NCBI GenBank assembly: GCA_018302765.1
Contig: JAGVZG010000018.1
Span: 1-10,027 of the forward strand
Direction of reading: 5' to 3'
Source of the DNA: Candidatus Woesearchaeota archaeon
GTDB taxonomy: Archaea > Nanobdellota > Nanobdellia > SCGC-AAA011-G17 > GW2011-AR18
Length of the DNA stretch: 10,027 bases
Shown: piece by piece, positions 8,053 through 10,027 of the stretch
How positions within the stretch are numbered: position 1 is the stretch's first letter
Layout: every line of letters begins with the position of its first letter
Translations under genes and position numbers: made by a program
Notes under the pieces: model-generated
The model's database searches: none
The model's input: the letters and a program-made list of their open reading frames with translations, nothing else
What the model was told of the DNA's origin: nothing

Positions 8053-9231
8053 ATGATAATAGAACTAGAGGCGCTTAGAGGTGAATTGATCCTTATAACT
8101 GGCGTTATGAATTCTGGAAAAACCCAGGAAGTAATAAATACTATTGACTGTTTAATGCACAGTCCCCATAGAAGAGCATTTATGGCTTTTACAAATAGCA
8201 GAAATACAAGAGATGGAATAAAAAGATTTGTCTCTTCTAGCGGCCTTAGATCTGATGAAGTATTTGTAGCCAATGCAGAAAATCCAATAGAAATCTATGA
8301 AAAAATAAGAGAAAAAGAAGTTGTTGATGGGATGCAGAATATTTTTATTTTTGATGAAGGAAACCTACATACTTACAAATTTGTACCTGTTGTAAAGGAC
8401 TTAATGAAAAATGGTAAGGTTGTTGTTGTAGCTGGTTTGAATTTGGATTTTAGGGGAGAATTCTTTGGTCCTATGGGAAAATTAGAAGAAATAGCAAGAA
8501 GCAGAGAAGCAATTACTGGAAAAAAACTTGTAGATATGCATCATTCTTACTGCTGTATTCTTCGTGACGAGAAACAATGCGGCAAAAAGGCATCATACAC
8601 ATTTAGATTAATTAAGGCAGAAAATGATGGTAATCTTGGTTATTTTCATGAAGGGGTTTTATTTAACAGTTATATAAAAGCACCTTATCATCACCCAACA
8701 ATTTTAGTTGAGGGTTCTGTTGGAGGCATAAAATATACAACTGCATGTTCAGAATGTTTTGGTGAACTACCTGGAAAGAGTTTAGTAGCAGATTTATTAT
8801 CTTATACAATGGATCATGAGAATTCTAAATACAATGATTTAGTAGACAGGTTTTCTAAACAAGGAGATATTTGCGACGCTCTAGCATACACTATTGAAGA
8901 GAAAAGATTAGACATGTTTGACGGAATCTATAGATCAAGAATTAAATCTGGAGGTTTAAATGATAAAGAATCAAGAAAGCTAGTAGAAATAAGCAAAGCA
9001 AGAGATTCAAGCAGAGAAAGCCATGACACTTTTGATATTTATCACGAAATAAAAAGTAGAAGAAGCATATCAAGAGAAGGGTTAAAATATAAATTTGGAA
9101 AAATTATGGGTTTTGAAAGAATTCTTGCTGATTTAATAAAAGCCAGGTTTTTAATGCTTGATGACGCAATGTTAAAAACAACGCGTTATGTAAAAGACCC
9201 AGTTTCAGATATGTATATTCCTCTAGATTAA
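8053..9231 (+). CDS. tdk: Thymidine kinase (TK1-like) with a ~156-aa C-terminal extension
   Basis: Walker A GVMNSGKT, FDEG, VVVAGLNLDFRGEFFG, and Zn lasso C..QCG / YTTACSEC. ATG 8053 is preferred over GTG 8035 because of TATA spacing. Confidence 0.85.
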   Translation: MIIELEALRGELILITGVMNSGKTQEVINTIDCLMHSPHRRAFMAFTNSRNTRDGIKRFVSSSGLRSDEVFVANAENPIEIYEKIREKEVVDGMQNIFIFDEGNLHTYKFVPVVKDLMKNGKVVVVAGLNLDFRGEFFGPMGKLEEIARSREAITGKKLVDMHHSYCCILRDEKQCGKKASYTFRLIKAENDGNLGYFHEGVLFNSYIKAPYHHPTILVEGSVGGIKYTTACSECFGELPGKSLVADLLSYTMDHENSKYNDLVDRFSKQGDICDALAYTIEEKRLDMFDGIYRSRIKSGGLNDKESRKLVEISKARDSSRESHDTFDIYHEIKSRRSISREGLKYKFGKIMGFERILADLIKARFLMLDDAMLKTTRYVKDPVSDMYIPLD

Positions 9232-9263
9232 ATTTAGGTAATTTTCTTGTTTGTTTTATAACA

Positions 9264-9544
9264 ATGTTTGCCCTTTGTGTGGCAGCCTATTATTGCCAAA
9301 GGATGAGAAAATGGTTTGCGGCTGTGGTTATATGGGCACTGATACAGTGATAAAAGACAGAGCTGAGGAAAAAATGCAAGTAGGAGTTTTACAGGAGGAA
9401 ATAGAAGTTAATGGAACAAGTAGAGCAGACTGTCCTAAATGTGACAGCATTGAAGTTTATTCCTAGTTAGTACAGATCCTACCAAGTGACGAGCCAGAAA
9501 CTATGTTTTTTAAGTGCAAACATCAGTGGAGACAATATAAATAA
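9264..9544 (+). pseudogene. tfs: Transcription factor S (TFS/RpoM-like) pseudogene
   Basis: Reconstructs as MFCPLCG...CGCGY...CPKC..VYS*LVQILPSDEPETMFFKCKHQWRQYK. Lesions: the ATG at 9264 is one base out of frame, TAG at 9464 replaces the conserved Trp, and only one Cys of the final CxxC remains. Confidence 0.85.
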
Positions 9545-9634
9545 ATTTTTAACCGCAGTTTGAAAAATTTTGACCCTCCTATAACAAAATTCTTTAAACA
9601 CAAAAATTAAAAACTTTCCAATAATAAATTTACT

Positions 9635-9784
9635 ATGGTAAAGTGTGATATTTGTGGAGATAAGGCTGAAAATTTGTTTTTAGGTAAAATTAAAGGAACT
9701 TATATTAAAAAAGATAAAAAATTAAAAGCTGTTTGCAGTGGCTGTCAGAGAAAACTTGGAAATAAACTTGAGGAAAATTTATAG
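9635..9784 (+). CDS. 49-aa basic CxxC...CxxC Zn-binding protein (below the ORF-track cutoff)
   Basis: MVKCDICGDKAENLFLGKIKGTYIKKDKKLKAVCSGCQRKLGNKLEENL*. Clean ATG to TAG, two CxxC pairs, and a TATA-like ATTAAAAA 21 nt upstream. It resembles small proteins I recall from DPANN genomes (not verified). Confidence 0.78.
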   Translation: MVKCDICGDKAENLFLGKIKGTYIKKDKKLKAVCSGCQRKLGNKLEENL

Positions 9785-9813
9785 TTCGCCCTCGTAGCTT
9801 AATGGCAGAGCAA

Positions 9814-9825
9814 TTTTAAGCTTAA
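9814..9825 (+). other. 12-nt non-canonical tRNA intron at position 27/28
   Basis: The AATT repeat allows five registers, and only 27/28 yields a BHB: outer helix GGCA/TGCT, bulge AA^T, central helix GAGC/GCTT, bulge AA^T. Confidence 0.72.
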
Positions 9826-9835
9826 TTGCTTCGTA

Positions 9836-9871
9836 TACAATCTTTTGCATAAAGCTTGAGTAAAGTGAAAG
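9836..9871 (+). other. 36-nt canonical tRNA intron at position 37/38
   Basis: Central helix TTCG(32-35)/TGAA and 3' bulge AG^A against the anticodon stem. The intron-side flanking helix is imperfect, so this is a relaxed BHB/BHL. Confidence 0.8.
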
Positions 9872-9974
9872 AGCAATAGGTTGAGGGTTCAACTCCCTCC
9901 GAGGGCTATATTATTTATTTCTGTTAAGTAGGCTCTGTCCTGAATCTAAGTTCTAAGAATATTTATTAACCCAC

Positions 9975-10015
9975 GTAACCCGTTAGGGTTACAAGGGAAG
10001 GAGTTGTGGTCCTTC
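9975..10015. repeat. Two adjacent inverted repeats: GTAACCC-gtta-GGGTTAC and GAAGGA-gttgtgg-TCCTTC
   Basis: Perfect 7-bp and 6-bp GC-richer stems in an AT-rich background, directly before an ATG at 10016. Confidence 0.6.
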
Positions 10016-10027
10016 ATGAAAAAAGAA
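10016..10027 (+). CDS. Possible start of the next gene (MKKE...), truncated by the window end
   Basis: ATG preceded by an AAGGAG SD-like sequence 12 nt upstream. Only 4 codons are visible. Confidence 0.25.

Larger units (their letters stand above)
9788..9907 (+). tRNA. tRNA-Thr(CGT) with two introns; CCA not encoded
   Basis: Acceptor GCCCTCG/CGAGGGC plus U73 (archaeal Thr identity), D arm GCTT-AATGGCA-GAGC, T arm GAGGG-TTCAACT-CCCTC. Removing 9814-9825 and 9836-9871 gives a perfect 72-nt cloverleaf with anticodon arm ATTGC-TTCGTAA-GCAAT. Confidence 0.88.

Noticed and set aside
4431-8273. ORFs 4431-4646(+), 6498-6758(+) and 8040-8273(-)
   Set aside because: Antisense to nrdR, ABCE1 and tdk respectively. 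Composition is typical of non-coding reverse frames.
9464-9466. TAG reassignment or readthrough (alternative code, pyrrolysine) rescuing TFS
   Set aside because: TAG terminates nrdR, nrdJ and the 49-aa ORF at their expected ends, and tfs has two other lesions.
9251-9466. 71-aa ORF as an intact standalone Zn-ribbon protein
   Set aside because: The TTG start is fortuitous, and TFS homology continues past the stop codon.
9842-9858. Possible third, nested intron inside the 37/38 intron
   Set aside because: A CTTT/AAAG helix exists, but the implied intron is only 9 nt and the outer helix fails after one wobble pair.
9966-9990. Telomere-like TAACCC/TTAGGG hexamers
   Set aside because: Only 2-3 non-tandem copies, explained by the hairpin arms.
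1-10027. CRISPR array, rRNA, transposase, integrase or viral origin
   Set aside because: No regularly spaced repeats or such ORFs were seen. ABCE1, TFS and a BHB-intron tRNA fit a cellular archaeal chromosome.

Overview
AT-rich (about 30% GC) archaeal chromosomal segment. Gene content, TATA-type promoters and BHB tRNA introns suggest a DPANN lineage such as Woesearchaeota or Pacearchaeota (inference). The core is a deoxynucleotide-supply neighbourhood: a class II (B12-dependent) ribonucleotide reductase with a 453-aa LAGLIDADG intein, its bacterial-type repressor NrdR, a divergent two-domain dCTP deaminase, and a thymidine kinase with an unusual duplicated C-terminal module. ABCE1/Rli sits between them. 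The right end holds a decayed TFS gene, an unannotated 49-aa Zn-binding ORF, a tRNA-Thr(CGT) with two introns, and two hairpins. The most notable signals are: (1) two NrdR boxes at the canonical 31-bp spacing just downstream of an archaeal TATA box; (2) an ABCE1 that has lost most ligands of one Fe-S cluster; (3) the TK fusion to tandem winged-helix-like repeats; (4) a two-intron tRNA whose splice structures compete. All calls come from reading motifs by eye; no database searches were run.
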